This document shows, in pieces, positions 39,218 through 49,182 of a stretch of DNA of 64,000 nucleotides; positions within the stretch are counted from its first letter, which is position 1; each line of letters begins with the position of its first letter. The stretch is from Thermoproteota archaeon (GTDB lineage Archaea > Thermoproteota > Methanomethylicia > Methanomethylicales > Methanomethylicaceae): contig JARXPF010000001.1 in the NCBI GenBank assembly GCA_029887765.1, positions 64,488-128,487 of the forward strand. The letters are read 5' to 3'. Position numbers and translations under genes: made by a program. The notes beneath the pieces are model-generated. The model was not told the origin of the DNA. It searched no databases and saw nothing but the letters and a program-made list of their open reading frames with translations.

Positions 39218-39618
39218 AAACTTATGTTGTAATGTTATCACCAGACTCAAACTTAACACCATCAATGTTAGTAGAAAAAATTTCAAAAATAAGTGGAATA
39301 GTATATAAGGAAACTTGTTATGGTCTATTAATAGAAGGTGAAGAAGAAGTAATTGAAGAAGCTATAAGAGAATTGAAAAGTATGGACCCTAATAGAATAT
39401 TCATTAAAATAAGAGGTTATAGAATTGGAGATGAAAGAATTTGTAGAGCAAAAAGAGGAGGGGGGCCAAGGCCAGGATTTTTCATGTTAGGACAAGAAAG
39501 AAGTGTTTTAAAAAATGTTGTAAAAGCTTTAGAAAGTAAAGAAGAAATTTCAATAAAAAAAGAAAAAAAGAAACTAGATTATAACAAACTTAAAAAAATA
39601 ATAAAGGAGGAAATTTAA
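39214..39618 (+). CDS. Small methanogenesis-marker-type protein (Mmp6-like?)
   Basis: 134 aa. Start overlaps the Mmp3-like stop (ATGA). Gly-rich 'RGGGPRPGFFMLGQE'. Family by size and context only. Confidence 0.35.
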   Translation: MKTYVVMLSPDSNLTPSMLVEKISKISGIVYKETCYGLLIEGEEEVIEEAIRELKSMDPNRIFIKIRGYRIGDERICRAKRGGGPRPGFFMLGQERSVLKNVVKALESKEEISIKKEKKKLDYNKLKKIIKEEI

Positions 39619-39619
39619 A

Positions 39620-40171
39620 ATTAAACTCGTTATAGATTCTTCAGACAAGAAAGGAGGAGAAGTTTATAGACATATAATAGAAAGAAGTATTGAAGACTTA
39701 GCTTTAGGTGGAAGTATTAAATGGATTTATGCATATATAAGGCCAGAAATTCCACTTTTTATAGTTAAAATAAATTATAGAGAATATGAAAGAAAAAATA
39801 TACTCAAAGATTTAGCAAAATTTGAAGTTAAATCAAATGCAATAAAGATTATTTTAAATAATGAATTAGATTTATCAGATGCTTTAAGAGCTCTCTGGAG
39901 TGAAATAGGAAGAGATAGAGTAGAACAGATAGGAAGACAAGAAATATTAGTAAAAAATACTGATTTGGAAATTTTAAAGAATCTAAAAATTAGAGAGAGA
40001 ACAATTAGTATATCAGATAAAATTATTGAATTAATAACAAGAATATTGCCTGAAGGTTTTAGAATTAGGCATTTTATAAAAGAAAATGATGTATTAATTG
40101 TATTAGCATCTGAAGATCCGATTAAGAAAGATTGGATTGATATGGCATTAGGGATGATTGTTGATGCTTAA
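39620..40171 (+). CDS. Hypothetical protein (Mmp5/Mmp17-class size); 183-codon open frame with no ATG/GTG/TTG until codon 116
   Basis: The frame is open from the stop at 39602-39604 to 40171. The ORF track only calls the TTG at 39965 (68 aa). AAGGAGG at 39604-39610 is followed 9 nt later by an in-frame ATT at 39620. The upstream 115 codons are non-repetitive and protein-like. Confidence 0.35.
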   Translation: MKLVIDSSDKKGGEVYRHIIERSIEDLALGGSIKWIYAYIRPEIPLFIVKINYREYERKNILKDLAKFEVKSNAIKIILNNELDLSDALRALWSEIGRDRVEQIGRQEILVKNTDLEILKNLKIRERTISISDKIIELITRILPEGFRIRHFIKENDVLIVLASEDPIKKDWIDMALGMIVDA

Positions 40172-41078
40172 ATATTTAATATTTGAAGGAGGGGTTTATA
40201 AACATGAGCTTATTACTGAATTTGTAGAAGATGTTGGCGGTTTTATTATTCAAAAAAATATTATTGGATTAGACTTAATTATGCATATAGCTATTCCTGA
40301 AGATGATTATAAAAAAATTATAGAAATTGCTAATGAAATAAAAGGCAATTTGAAAGAAGCTCCATTAATAGGTATAGAAATTGCTGTAGTAGCTCCAACA
40401 TTATCTAGACATCATTTACCACATCCAGCATGTGATATTGCAGAAAATTTAAGAAGACATGGAGCAAAAACCAATTTAATAGGATTATCTAGAGGAGTTG
40501 GTCAGAAAATTGCTCATATAAATAAAGATGATATTGAACTCATAGAAGAACATGATATTGCAGTTTTTGTTCTTGGAAATTTTGAATATTGTATTAAGAA
40601 TTTCAAATATAAATTGTTTAAGGATATTTCCATACCAATTATTGTAACTGGTGGACCTGAAGAAATGGATTTACCTGGAATTGAAGGATACGTAGGAGGA
40701 ATTGGAAGATATCCTGAAAGATTTAGAATAAATGAAATGATAGAAAAATTAAACTTAATATCTAAATTAGCAGGAGATATAGCTGAAAAAAGAAGAAAGG
40801 AAATGGACTTAGACCCTTTAATTATAGAACCTGCACTTGTAAAAAAAGAAATTGAAAGACAAATACCAGAAGTATTAGAAGCTTTATCACCTAATCCAGT
40901 TACATTAAAGATAGATGGAGTAAGAATAAAATTACCATATGAAGAATACAAGGATAAAGTAAGTTCCATAAATATTGAAGGAAAAAACTTAAAAGATTTT
41001 GCCATTATTAAAAAATCATTAATGAGAGATTATATATTAGTAAAAATTTTACCAGAATCCTTCTTTATTAAGGTGTGA
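40158..41078 (+). CDS. McrC-family paralog (methanogenesis marker protein 7-like)
   Basis: 306 aa. 'LSRHHLPHPACDIAENLRRHGAKTNLI' aligns by eye with McrC '[26 protein letters not shown]'. Confidence 0.5.
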   Translation: MLMLKYLIFEGGVYKHELITEFVEDVGGFIIQKNIIGLDLIMHIAIPEDDYKKIIEIANEIKGNLKEAPLIGIEIAVVAPTLSRHHLPHPACDIAENLRRHGAKTNLIGLSRGVGQKIAHINKDDIELIEEHDIAVFVLGNFEYCIKNFKYKLFKDISIPIIVTGGPEEMDLPGIEGYVGGIGRYPERFRINEMIEKLNLISKLAGDIAEKRRKEMDLDPLIIEPALVKKEIERQIPEVLEALSPNPVTLKIDGVRIKLPYEEYKDKVSSINIEGKNLKDFAIIKKSLMRDYILVKILPESFFIKV

Positions 41079-41082
41079 ATAA

Positions 41083-42756
41083 ATGCTATTGTGTGAAAAT
41101 ATTGTTAAAGTATTTCAAAATGGAGTTAAAGCTTTAGATTCAATATCATTAGAATTAAAAAGAGGAGAAATTTTAGGAATATTAGGAGAAAGTGGTGCAG
41201 GAAAAACAACTTTATTAAGAATATTAAGAGGAGTAGAAAGTTTTAATAATGGTAGAATATTGTTTGAAGATCTTGAGATAACTCCAAATTCACCAAAAGA
41301 AGTATTTTACGAATTACAAAAAAGAACAGCTATACAACTTCAAAGAACATTTAGTCTTTGGCCAGATTCTGTTATTGACAATGTTATAAGAGCTTTAAGA
41401 TATCAAGATATACGAGAAGAAACTCTACCTCAAAGTGAAGGAGAATATGAAGAATATAAAATTAAAGCTTTAGAAATATTAAAAATTGTAGGACTTGATG
41501 GAAAAGCAGATTTATGGTCTATGATATTAAGTGGAGGAGAAAAACAGAGGCTAATTTTAGCTAGACAAATTGCAAGAAAACCTAAAATTTTATTACTTGA
41601 TGAACCTGGTACAATGACTGATGTTAAAAGTAGAGAAGATTTGATAAATGCATTAAAAAAAGTGAGAGAAGCTTATAATACAAGTATTCTCTTTGTTTCT
41701 CATAATCCTCAAACTCATTTAAAACTTGCAGATAGAGCAATACTTATTGAAAAAGGTAGGAAAATAATGGAAGGAAAAACAGAAGATGTAATAAATGAGT
41801 TTCTTTCAAAATTAGAAAAACCATTGGAAAAGACAATTATAAAGGGAAAAGAAATTCTTAAAATGGAAAATGTTAATAAAATATATAAAATTATTCCATA
41901 TGGAAAAATATTTGAATTAAAAAATGCTAATTTAACTTTTAGAACAGGAGAAATAACTGCAATTATAGGCCCTTCTGCTGCTGGAAAAACAGTACTCTTG
42001 AGAATGTTAGCAGGATTAGAAATGCCAAATTCTGGAAATATAATGTTATATCATAAAGGTGAATGGATTATTTTAAATAAGCTTTGTAAAAAAAGTTTGA
42101 GAGCTAGAAGAAAAATAAGCATAATGCATCAAGAATTTGATCTACCATATTGGTCTGAAGTATTAAGTTTATTTTCTTCAAGACTTGGAATAAAAGATTA
42201 TAAATTATTAGAAAGAGCAATTAAAAAAGCTGAAAAAATGGGATTAAGTGAAATTCATATAGATTTTCTAAGTAGAATTATGGATTTGCCTGAAAATGAA
42301 TTAGAAATTAAATTAAATGAATTAGAAATTGATAGAAATTTCTTAAAAGAAATTTTTAAGGAAAAAAATCTTGAAAAAAGTAAAGAAATTGCAGAAAAAA
42401 TTTTGAGTTGGTTTAATATAAATCCAGAAATACTTAATAGAAAATCTTATGAACTTTCAGGTGGTGAAAAAATAAGAATTGCACTTGCTTTAGCAATAGC
42501 ATCAAATCCTAAAGTATTATTACTTGATGAGCCTTTTGGTGATTTAGATCCATTAAACTTAAGAAGAGTTGCAAATATTTTAAAAAGAATTAAATTACTT
42601 TTCAAACCAGCAATAATATTAGTAAGTCATCAACTTGATTTTGTAGAAGAAGTAGCAGATAGATGTATATTAATTATTAATGGTAAAATTTTAAGTGATG
42701 GCAATCCTTCGATGGTTATTAAAGAATATATGAGGGTAAAAGAAAATGGAATTTGA
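41083..42756 (+). CDS. Twin-ABC ATPase, Mcr component A2-like (paralog 1)
   Basis: 557 aa with two ABC ATPase domains (Walker A 'GESGAGKTT' and 'GPSAAGKTV'; signatures 'LSGGEKQR' and 'LSGGEKIR'). Confidence 0.6.
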   Translation: MLLCENIVKVFQNGVKALDSISLELKRGEILGILGESGAGKTTLLRILRGVESFNNGRILFEDLEITPNSPKEVFYELQKRTAIQLQRTFSLWPDSVIDNVIRALRYQDIREETLPQSEGEYEEYKIKALEILKIVGLDGKADLWSMILSGGEKQRLILARQIARKPKILLLDEPGTMTDVKSREDLINALKKVREAYNTSILFVSHNPQTHLKLADRAILIEKGRKIMEGKTEDVINEFLSKLEKPLEKTIIKGKEILKMENVNKIYKIIPYGKIFELKNANLTFRTGEITAIIGPSAAGKTVLLRMLAGLEMPNSGNIMLYHKGEWIILNKLCKKSLRARRKISIMHQEFDLPYWSEVLSLFSSRLGIKDYKLLERAIKKAEKMGLSEIHIDFLSRIMDLPENELEIKLNELEIDRNFLKEIFKEKNLEKSKEIAEKILSWFNINPEILNRKSYELSGGEKIRIALALAIASNPKVLLLDEPFGDLDPLNLRRVANILKRIKLLFKPAIILVSHQLDFVEEVADRCILIINGKILSDGNPSMVIKEYMRVKENGI

Positions 42757-44638
42757 AGTAAAATTTTTACCTGAGGGTAAGAAAACTTTAGTAAAAGAAG
42801 GAGCTACAGTTTTTGAAGCAGCTCTAAAAGCTGGTGTTGATCTTATAGCATTATGTGGTGGTAAAGGATTTTGTGGAAAATGTTTAATAGAAATTATAAA
42901 AGGAGAAATTCCTCCACCTACAGAACAAGAATTACGTAAAATTGGTAAAGAAAAAATTGAAAAAGGAATTAGACTAGCATGTCAATTAAAAGTATACGAT
43001 AATTTAATAATAGGAGTGCCAAATCAAAGTAGAATAGGAAAACAGAAATTAGTTATAATGGGCGTAGAACCACCAATTAAAATTAATCCAAATGTTAAGA
43101 AATTTTATTTTGAAATTACTCCTCCATCATTAGATGACCCTAGAGGAGATGATTTAAGAATAAATGAAATTTTATCAAATATAAACAATATTTCATTTAA
43201 TTATTCATTAGTTAAAGAAATGCCATCAATTCTAAGAGAAAGTAATTGGAAAGTCACTTTAACAATAGTAAATAATGAATTAATAAATATACAACCTGGT
43301 GATAAGACAAAAGATTGCTATGGAGTTGCAGTAGATATTGGAACTACAAAACTTGCAGTATTCATAGTAGATTTGTTAAGTGGTGATATATTATTTGCAG
43401 ATGGAATGATGAATCCACAAATAAAATATGGAGAAGATGTGATTTCAAGAATACAATATGCATCTCAAAGTAATGAAAATCTTAGAGAAGTTCAAAATGC
43501 AATAATAAATGGAATAAATGGATTAATAGAAAAAGGATTAAAGGAAACTGGTATAAATAAAGAGGATTTATATGAAATGGTCGTAGTAGGAAATACTGCT
43601 ATGCATCACTTATTCTTAGGATTAAATGTAAAATGGCTTGGTTTAGCACCTTATGCTCCAGTAATAGGAATGGGATATAATGTTAAGGCAAGAGAAATTG
43701 GAATTAACATAAACCCTTCTGGTAATGTTTATACATTACCAAATGTAGCAGGTTTTGTAGGTGCTGATGCTATAGCAGATATCTTAGCATCAAAAATATA
43801 TGAAAAAGATAATTTAACACTACTCATGGATGTTGGAACAAATACTGAAGTAATATTAGGGAATAAATATGAGCTTTTATGTTGTTCCACAGCTTCTGGA
43901 CCGGCATTTGAAGGAGCTCATATAAAATTTGGTATGAGAGCTGCAAGTGGGGCAATAGAAAGAGTGAAAATAAAAGAAGATTTTGAAGTTGAATATTCTA
44001 CAATAGATGATGAAAAAGCAAGAGGAATATGTGGCTCAGGTATTATAGATGCTATTGCTGAAATGTTAAGAACAGGAGTAATAGATACTGCTGGTAGAAT
44101 TGTATTAGAAAATCATAAAAGAGTACGAAAAGGAGAATTTGGTAAAGAATTCATTATTGTATTTAAAGAAGAAACAGCTACAGGTGAAGAAGATATTGTA
44201 ATAACTCAAGAAGATATTAGAGAAATACAGAAAGCAAAAGCTGCAATGTATGCTGGATATATGACACTTATGAGAGTAGGAGGTTTTAAGAAAGAAGATT
44301 TATTTGAAATAATAATTGCAGGAGCTTTTGGAAGTTATATTGATCCATTAAGTGCAAAAATCATAGGAATGATACCTGAATTACCAATATCTAAAATATC
44401 ATTTTTAGGTAATACAGCAGGATCAGGTGCAAGAATATGTTTAAAATCAATTGATTATAGAAAAAAAGCTGAAGAAATTGCTAAAAAAATGAAGTATATA
44501 GAGTTAGCTGTAATGCGAATTTTTGAAGAAGAATATATAAACGCAATGTTTTTACCAAATAGTAGAATTGAAGATTTTCCAGAAGTAATGAGTATTATAA
44601 AAGCACCAATAAATGTGAAAAGATATGTTAAAAAATGA
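42746..44638 (+). CDS. RACo-type reductive activase: N-terminal plant-type 2Fe-2S ferredoxin fused to ASKHA-fold ATPase (COG3894/DUF4445)
   Basis: 630 aa. 'CGGKGFCGKC...LACQ' 2Fe-2S pattern, then a large domain with 'GVAVDIGTTK' and 'LLMDVGTNTE' ASKHA phosphate motifs. Start overlaps the A2 paralog stop. Confidence 0.6.
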   Translation: MEFEVKFLPEGKKTLVKEGATVFEAALKAGVDLIALCGGKGFCGKCLIEIIKGEIPPPTEQELRKIGKEKIEKGIRLACQLKVYDNLIIGVPNQSRIGKQKLVIMGVEPPIKINPNVKKFYFEITPPSLDDPRGDDLRINEILSNINNISFNYSLVKEMPSILRESNWKVTLTIVNNELINIQPGDKTKDCYGVAVDIGTTKLAVFIVDLLSGDILFADGMMNPQIKYGEDVISRIQYASQSNENLREVQNAIINGINGLIEKGLKETGINKEDLYEMVVVGNTAMHHLFLGLNVKWLGLAPYAPVIGMGYNVKAREIGININPSGNVYTLPNVAGFVGADAIADILASKIYEKDNLTLLMDVGTNTEVILGNKYELLCCSTASGPAFEGAHIKFGMRAASGAIERVKIKEDFEVEYSTIDDEKARGICGSGIIDAIAEMLRTGVIDTAGRIVLENHKRVRKGEFGKEFIIVFKEETATGEEDIVITQEDIREIQKAKAAMYAGYMTLMRVGGFKKEDLFEIIIAGAFGSYIDPLSAKIIGMIPELPISKISFLGNTAGSGARICLKSIDYRKKAEEIAKKMKYIELAVMRIFEEEYINAMFLPNSRIEDFPEVMSIIKAPINVKRYVKK

Positions 44639-45167
44639 TATTATTAATATATTAAATAAAATTGAAGGAATCGTAAAAATTGTGGAATTAAATGATGAAG
44701 AAAAAAAAGAAATAGAGAAATTAGAGAAAGAAGCAGAAAGTAAAGTACTTATGGGATTATGTAAAGGAATAAATATTGGTGTAAGAGAGGCCCTTAATAA
44801 AAAATTAGTCTATGCATGTTTAACAAATATGGAATTTAAATGGCCTAAAACTTCTTTAGTAAAAATAGTATGTGAAAATGAAGTAATAGCTGAAGATATT
44901 TATGATGAGGAACTTCTTAATAAAAAGAAGGAAGAGGGAAATTTAGTTTTAGGAAATTTAGTAGTTTATAAAGATAAATTAAAAATAATGAAAGAAAGAA
45001 AAGATAAATTATTAGCAATAATGCTTCCATTACCTATACCTGAATTAGAAAAAATAAATGCTATAGTAGGAAGTCCATCACCACCAGTTGATAAATATTT
45101 AAAAGTAAAGTTTGGGATTCTTGAAGAAAAGCCTGAACTTGGAACTATAATTATAGGAATAGACTAA
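44625..45167 (+). CDS. Hypothetical protein (180 aa) at the distal end of the Mcr-activation island
   Basis: ORF overlapping the RACo-like stop. No motif recognised. Confidence 0.3.
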   Translation: MLKNDIINILNKIEGIVKIVELNDEEKKEIEKLEKEAESKVLMGLCKGINIGVREALNKKLVYACLTNMEFKWPKTSLVKIVCENEVIAEDIYDEELLNKKKEEGNLVLGNLVVYKDKLKIMKERKDKLLAIMLPLPIPELEKINAIVGSPSPPVDKYLKVKFGILEEKPELGTIIIGID

Positions 45168-45199
45168 GTTTTTAAGTTATTTTTCCTTAATAATAAAAT

Positions 45200-45703
45200 G
45201 TGTGGAAAGAAATAGAAAAATTCTTTTCAAGCTCACCTGCAAAACTTAAAGTAGCTAGAATAATGGTAGAATTAGGCTTTAGTATTAATAATGAAGGTAA
45301 AATTGTATGTGGTAATGTAGAAATACCAGATAGTAGTATAGCAAGAGCCATAGCAGTAGATAGAAGAGTTGTAAGACAAACTGTAAAAGAAATTTTAAAT
45401 GATGAAAAAATGAAAAATATATTTACTAAAATAAAACCAGCAGGAAGTTTTTTAAAAGAAGTTGCTCCAGACTTAGGTTATGGTGTTATTGAAATAAGAG
45501 CTCAACCAACTGCAATTGGTGTTATAGCAAAAGCTACATCATATATAGCAGAAGCTGGTCTTAGTATTAGACAAATATTAGCTGAAGATCCAGATTTGAA
45601 TCCAGATCCCAAATTATTAATAATAACAGATAAGAAAGTACCAGGAGAAGTAATATCAAAACTTTTAACAATTCCTACAGTTAAAAAAGTGAGTATAAGT
45701 TAA
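45200..45703 (+). CDS. Putative regulator with HTH and ACT-like domain (COG2150-like)
   Basis: 167 aa. Size and N-terminal helical region suggest an ACT-domain amino-acid-metabolism regulator. Weak. Confidence 0.3.
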   Translation: MWKEIEKFFSSSPAKLKVARIMVELGFSINNEGKIVCGNVEIPDSSIARAIAVDRRVVRQTVKEILNDEKMKNIFTKIKPAGSFLKEVAPDLGYGVIEIRAQPTAIGVIAKATSYIAEAGLSIRQILAEDPDLNPDPKLLIITDKKVPGEVISKLLTIPTVKKVSIS

Positions 45704-46392
45704 ATTGATAATACTTTAGCAAATTGTCTTAGTAAATCTTCAGGATTTTTTGATTTTACAATTCCTGAAGCTATTAATACTCCTTCTGATCCAAGTTCAA
45801 TAGCCTTACTGATGTCTGAGGCATTGGTAATTCCTGCACCACATAAGACATGTACATTAGGATTGATTTTCTTAATAGATTCTACAGAATTTTTCACAAT
45901 CTCTGGCTTTGCTTTTGAAACTGAAATTCCCGTTCCTATTAACTCTGGAGGTTCTATTGCAATAATATCTGGATTTAATATAGAAAGTGCTTTAGCAATT
46001 TTTTCATTTCCTGCACATATACAACAAATTAAGTTTATTTCTTTACATCTATTCAATGATGCCTCTATTTCATCTAATCTTAATCTTCTTTCTGAATGAT
46101 TTAATAATGTTCCATGAGCTCCAGCTTCTTTAATTGATTCCGGTGTTATATGACCAGTATAAGCTCCAGGTTCGTATGAATCAACATGTTGAGCAAAAAT
46201 AGGTATGGAAACATTCTCAGCAATTGTTTTTATATCAACAAATTGAGGAGCGACTGCTATGCATACATTATATTCCATTGCAATTTTTTCAGCAATTTTT
46301 GCAAGATTTAAACCCTTATTTCCTAAAGCTTCTGTATAAGTTTTAAAATTTATGAGTAATAATGGATAAGTTATTTTCATAATTCTCACCAT
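45700..46392 (-). CDS. tpiA: Triosephosphate isomerase (archaeal short form)
   Basis: 230 aa. 'LLINFKTYTEA', 'NHSERR', 'AIEPPELIGTG' TIM motifs. Confidence 0.8.
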   Translation of the reverse strand: MVRIMKITYPLLLINFKTYTEALGNKGLNLAKIAEKIAMEYNVCIAVAPQFVDIKTIAENVSIPIFAQHVDSYEPGAYTGHITPESIKEAGAHGTLLNHSERRLRLDEIEASLNRCKEINLICCICAGNEKIAKALSILNPDIIAIEPPELIGTGISVSKAKPEIVKNSVESIKKINPNVHVLCGAGITNASDISKAIELGSEGVLIASGIVKSKNPEDLLRQFAKVLSI

Positions 46393-46419
46393 GAATTATA
46401 AAATTTAGAATTTCTATTA

Positions 46420-47235
46420 TTGTTTTTGGTGTCAAAAATGCTTGCTCCTTTACAAAATATAAATTTAAAGAAAACAAGAGAATTCATAATAAATTTTTTA
46501 AAAAATGAAGTTGGAGATAGGAAAGTAGTTTTTGGATTAAGTGGTGGTGTAGATTCTTCAACTGTTGCAGCACTTCTTGCTCAAACTTTTGAAAAAGAAA
46601 GAATTTTAGCATTAATAATGCCTGAGAAAGCTTATTATGAAGATATAGAAGATGCATTATTAATTGCAAGTGAATTTAATTTAGATTATAAAATTATTGA
46701 AATTGGAGAAATAGTAGATTGTTTCTTAAATAAATTAGGAAAGGGAAAAAGTCTAGTAGCTGAAGGAAATTTAAAAGCAAGAATTAGAATGACAATACTT
46801 TATTATTTTGCAAATATTGAAAAAAGACTTGTTATAGGATGTGGAGATAGGAGTGAATTAGCAATAGGTTATTTTACAAAATATGGAGATGGAGGAGTAG
46901 ATTTACTTCCAATTGGAGGACTTTATAAAACACAAGTTAAATTATTAGCAGAATTTATGAAAGTACCAAGAAAAATTATAGAAAAAGGAAGTACTCCTGG
47001 CTTATGGCGAGGACAAACAGCAAAAGAAGAACTTGGTATGGATTATTATGAAATTGATGAAATATTATATTATCATTTAGATTTAGGATATGATTATAAT
47101 AAACTTATAATTGTATTTGGAAAGGAAAAAGAAGATAAAATTAAATTTTTATTAAATAGAATTTCTGAAAATAAACATAAATTAAGTATGCCACCAATAG
47201 CAAAAATACCTAATGAAATATTATTTGGTAGATAA
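46420..47235 (+). CDS. nadE: NH3-dependent NAD+ synthetase
   Basis: 271 aa. PP-loop 'GLSGGVDSS'. NadE-typical 'GDRSELAIGYFTKYGDGG'. Confidence 0.8.
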   Translation: MFLVSKMLAPLQNINLKKTREFIINFLKNEVGDRKVVFGLSGGVDSSTVAALLAQTFEKERILALIMPEKAYYEDIEDALLIASEFNLDYKIIEIGEIVDCFLNKLGKGKSLVAEGNLKARIRMTILYYFANIEKRLVIGCGDRSELAIGYFTKYGDGGVDLLPIGGLYKTQVKLLAEFMKVPRKIIEKGSTPGLWRGQTAKEELGMDYYEIDEILYYHLDLGYDYNKLIIVFGKEKEDKIKFLLNRISENKHKLSMPPIAKIPNEILFGR

Positions 47236-47238
47236 TTT

Positions 47239-47748
47239 ATGAAATTAGAAGAACTTGAAAATAAATTAAAATTAGGAGAATCACTTGAAGAAATTCTTAA
47301 AAAAGAAGGATGGAAGGATTTTGAAGATCTAACTTCATTAATTTTATCAGAGAATGGATTTTTAACTATTAAAAACTTTAGATTTTCATATAATAAAAAA
47401 AGATATGAAATAGATATTATAGCTTTGGAAGAACCAAGAGCTATATTAATAGATTGTAAGCATTGGAAAGCAAGATATGGTAAAAAATCAGCTTTAAGAA
47501 AAGCAGCCTATACACATTATCAAAAATGTTTAAATTTTTCATATAAATTAATTGAAATACCCATAATTGAATTAAAAAAATGGAACAAAGTAATAATAAT
47601 ACCTACATTAATAACACTTTATGAAGAGGAAGTAAGAGAAGAAGAAAAAGTATTAATTGTGCCTTTATTTAAAATTGTATCATTTTTAGAATGTGTAAGA
47701 AATGGATTTTTTGATATGATAAAACTTAAATTCTTTAAATTAAGTTAA
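47239..47748 (+). CDS. PD-(D/E)xK nuclease-fold protein (restriction-endonuclease-like), function unknown
   Basis: 169 aa. 'EIDIIAL...AILIDCKHWK' resembles a D...(D/E)xK core. Weak. Confidence 0.3.
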   Translation: MKLEELENKLKLGESLEEILKKEGWKDFEDLTSLILSENGFLTIKNFRFSYNKKRYEIDIIALEEPRAILIDCKHWKARYGKKSALRKAAYTHYQKCLNFSYKLIEIPIIELKKWNKVIIIPTLITLYEEEVREEEKVLIVPLFKIVSFLECVRNGFFDMIKLKFFKLS

Positions 47749-49104
47749 AGAATTAGCTAATTTAATAGCTTTTAATACTGTTTCTACTGGATCTTTTCCT
47801 AATATTACTACCATAGGTTCTTTTCCATAATCTCCAGTATGATATATAATATCAGGAACTTTTCCAGTAGACTTTATTGCTTCTCTTGTACCCCATGGAA
47901 TTGTCGCTCCTTCTTTAGCTTTTATATCTTCAGGTTCTTTTGATCTATCATAATATCCTATAGTCCATCCTAATTTTTTACAAGTATCAATTACTTCTTT
48001 TGAATATTTAACATTCATAGCTGATCTTACATTTGAATCATATTCCATTACTGTTAATATTAAACTAGCCAAATGTTTTGAAGCTCCAAAAGCTGGACAA
48101 GAAGAAGGGCGTAATTTTCCACCAACATTAGTAATTCTTCCAGGAATACCACAAACCATTTCGAAACTATCTGCAAATGGATATGGAAGAGCCATTACTA
48201 AATTTATTTGACATTCAGGAGTTAGTTTAGAAAGTTGGGGTGCAGATTCTAGTAAACATAAAGCATCATTCATTTTTGAAAGTACTCTATAACGTTCTGC
48301 ATCAATTCTTAAATTACTCATAGGTTCTACTGGACCTACACCTTTTCCAATCTTTAAACCATACTTAATAGCATTTGTAACAAATTTTTTTGCTTCAGAA
48401 AAAGCTTCTTCAATTGAAAAACCTAAAGCAAGATAAGCAGCCATGGCTGCTGAAAAAGTACACCCAGTACCATGAGTTGTAATAGATTCTATTCTAGGGC
48501 TGCCTAAAATCTTAATTACTCCTTCTTTAGTACATAGAACATCTACAGCATCACCTTTTAAATGTCCACCTTTAACAATAACAGCTCTTGGTCCTAAATC
48601 CAAAATAGCTTTTCCTGCTTTTATAGAATCTTCAATAGTATTAATTTTAATTTTAGTTAAAGCTTCAGCTTCATTTAAATTTGGTGTTACTACTTCAGCT
48701 AATGGGATTAATTTTTCTTTAAGTGCATTCATTGCTTCTGGCAATAATAATGGAGCACCTGATTTTGCTATCATTACAGGATCTACAACAACTTTAATTC
48801 CAAGTTTTTTTATTACTTCAGATACTTCATTTATTATGGCTTCTGAAAATAACATACCAGTTTTTGCAAAATCAATACCAATATCGTTATGTACGACTTC
48901 TATTTGAAGACGAACCATTTCTGGTGGTATTTCATGTATTCCAAAAACTCCTGTAGTATTTTGTGCAGTAATAGCAGTAATAGCAACAGCACCATGTACA
49001 CCAATTGCAGCAAAAGTTTTTAGATCAGCTTCTATTCCTGCTCCTCCACCAGAATCTGATCCTGCAATTGTTAAAACAGTAGGTATTTTCAAAAAACTCA
49101 CCAA
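47740..49104 (-). CDS. thiDN: Bifunctional HMP/HMP-P kinase ThiD fused to ThiN-type thiamine-phosphate synthase (ThiDN)
   Basis: 454 aa. N-terminal '[20 protein letters not shown]' matches ThiD. C-terminal ThiN domain resembles the C-terminal half of 49199..50173. Confidence 0.75.
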   Translation of the reverse strand: MVSFLKIPTVLTIAGSDSGGGAGIEADLKTFAAIGVHGAVAITAITAQNTTGVFGIHEIPPEMVRLQIEVVHNDIGIDFAKTGMLFSEAIINEVSEVIKKLGIKVVVDPVMIAKSGAPLLLPEAMNALKEKLIPLAEVVTPNLNEAEALTKIKINTIEDSIKAGKAILDLGPRAVIVKGGHLKGDAVDVLCTKEGVIKILGSPRIESITTHGTGCTFSAAMAAYLALGFSIEEAFSEAKKFVTNAIKYGLKIGKGVGPVEPMSNLRIDAERYRVLSKMNDALCLLESAPQLSKLTPECQINLVMALPYPFADSFEMVCGIPGRITNVGGKLRPSSCPAFGASKHLASLILTVMEYDSNVRSAMNVKYSKEVIDTCKKLGWTIGYYDRSKEPEDIKAKEGATIPWGTREAIKSTGKVPDIIYHTGDYGKEPMVVILGKDPVETVLKAIKLANSLT

Positions 49105-49165
49105 ATATAAAATTCCTCGATCATCTTTATAAAGGGTAATATAAATAATTTATTAATGAAAAATA

Positions 49166-49182
49166 GTGATTATATAAATCAC
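49166..49182. promoter_or_regulatory. Palindrome GTGATT-ATATA-AATCAC between divergent thiDN and thiR-like genes; candidate operator
   Basis: Read directly. It lies 17 nt upstream of the TTG start at 49199 and 5 nt upstream of its GGAGGA RBS at 49187-49192. Confidence 0.4.

Noticed and set aside
39965-40171. 68-aa TTG-initiated ORF as a stand-alone gene
   Set aside because: The same frame is open and protein-like for 115 codons upstream, back to a strong SD. The stand-alone 68-aa call is likely a truncation artefact of requiring ATG/GTG/TTG (see finding).
47239-47748. Possible restriction-modification or defence system around the PD-(D/E)xK-like ORF
   Set aside because: No methyltransferase, helicase or other defence partner adjacent. 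Neighbours are nadE and thiDN. It was treated as an isolated nuclease-fold protein, not a defence island.
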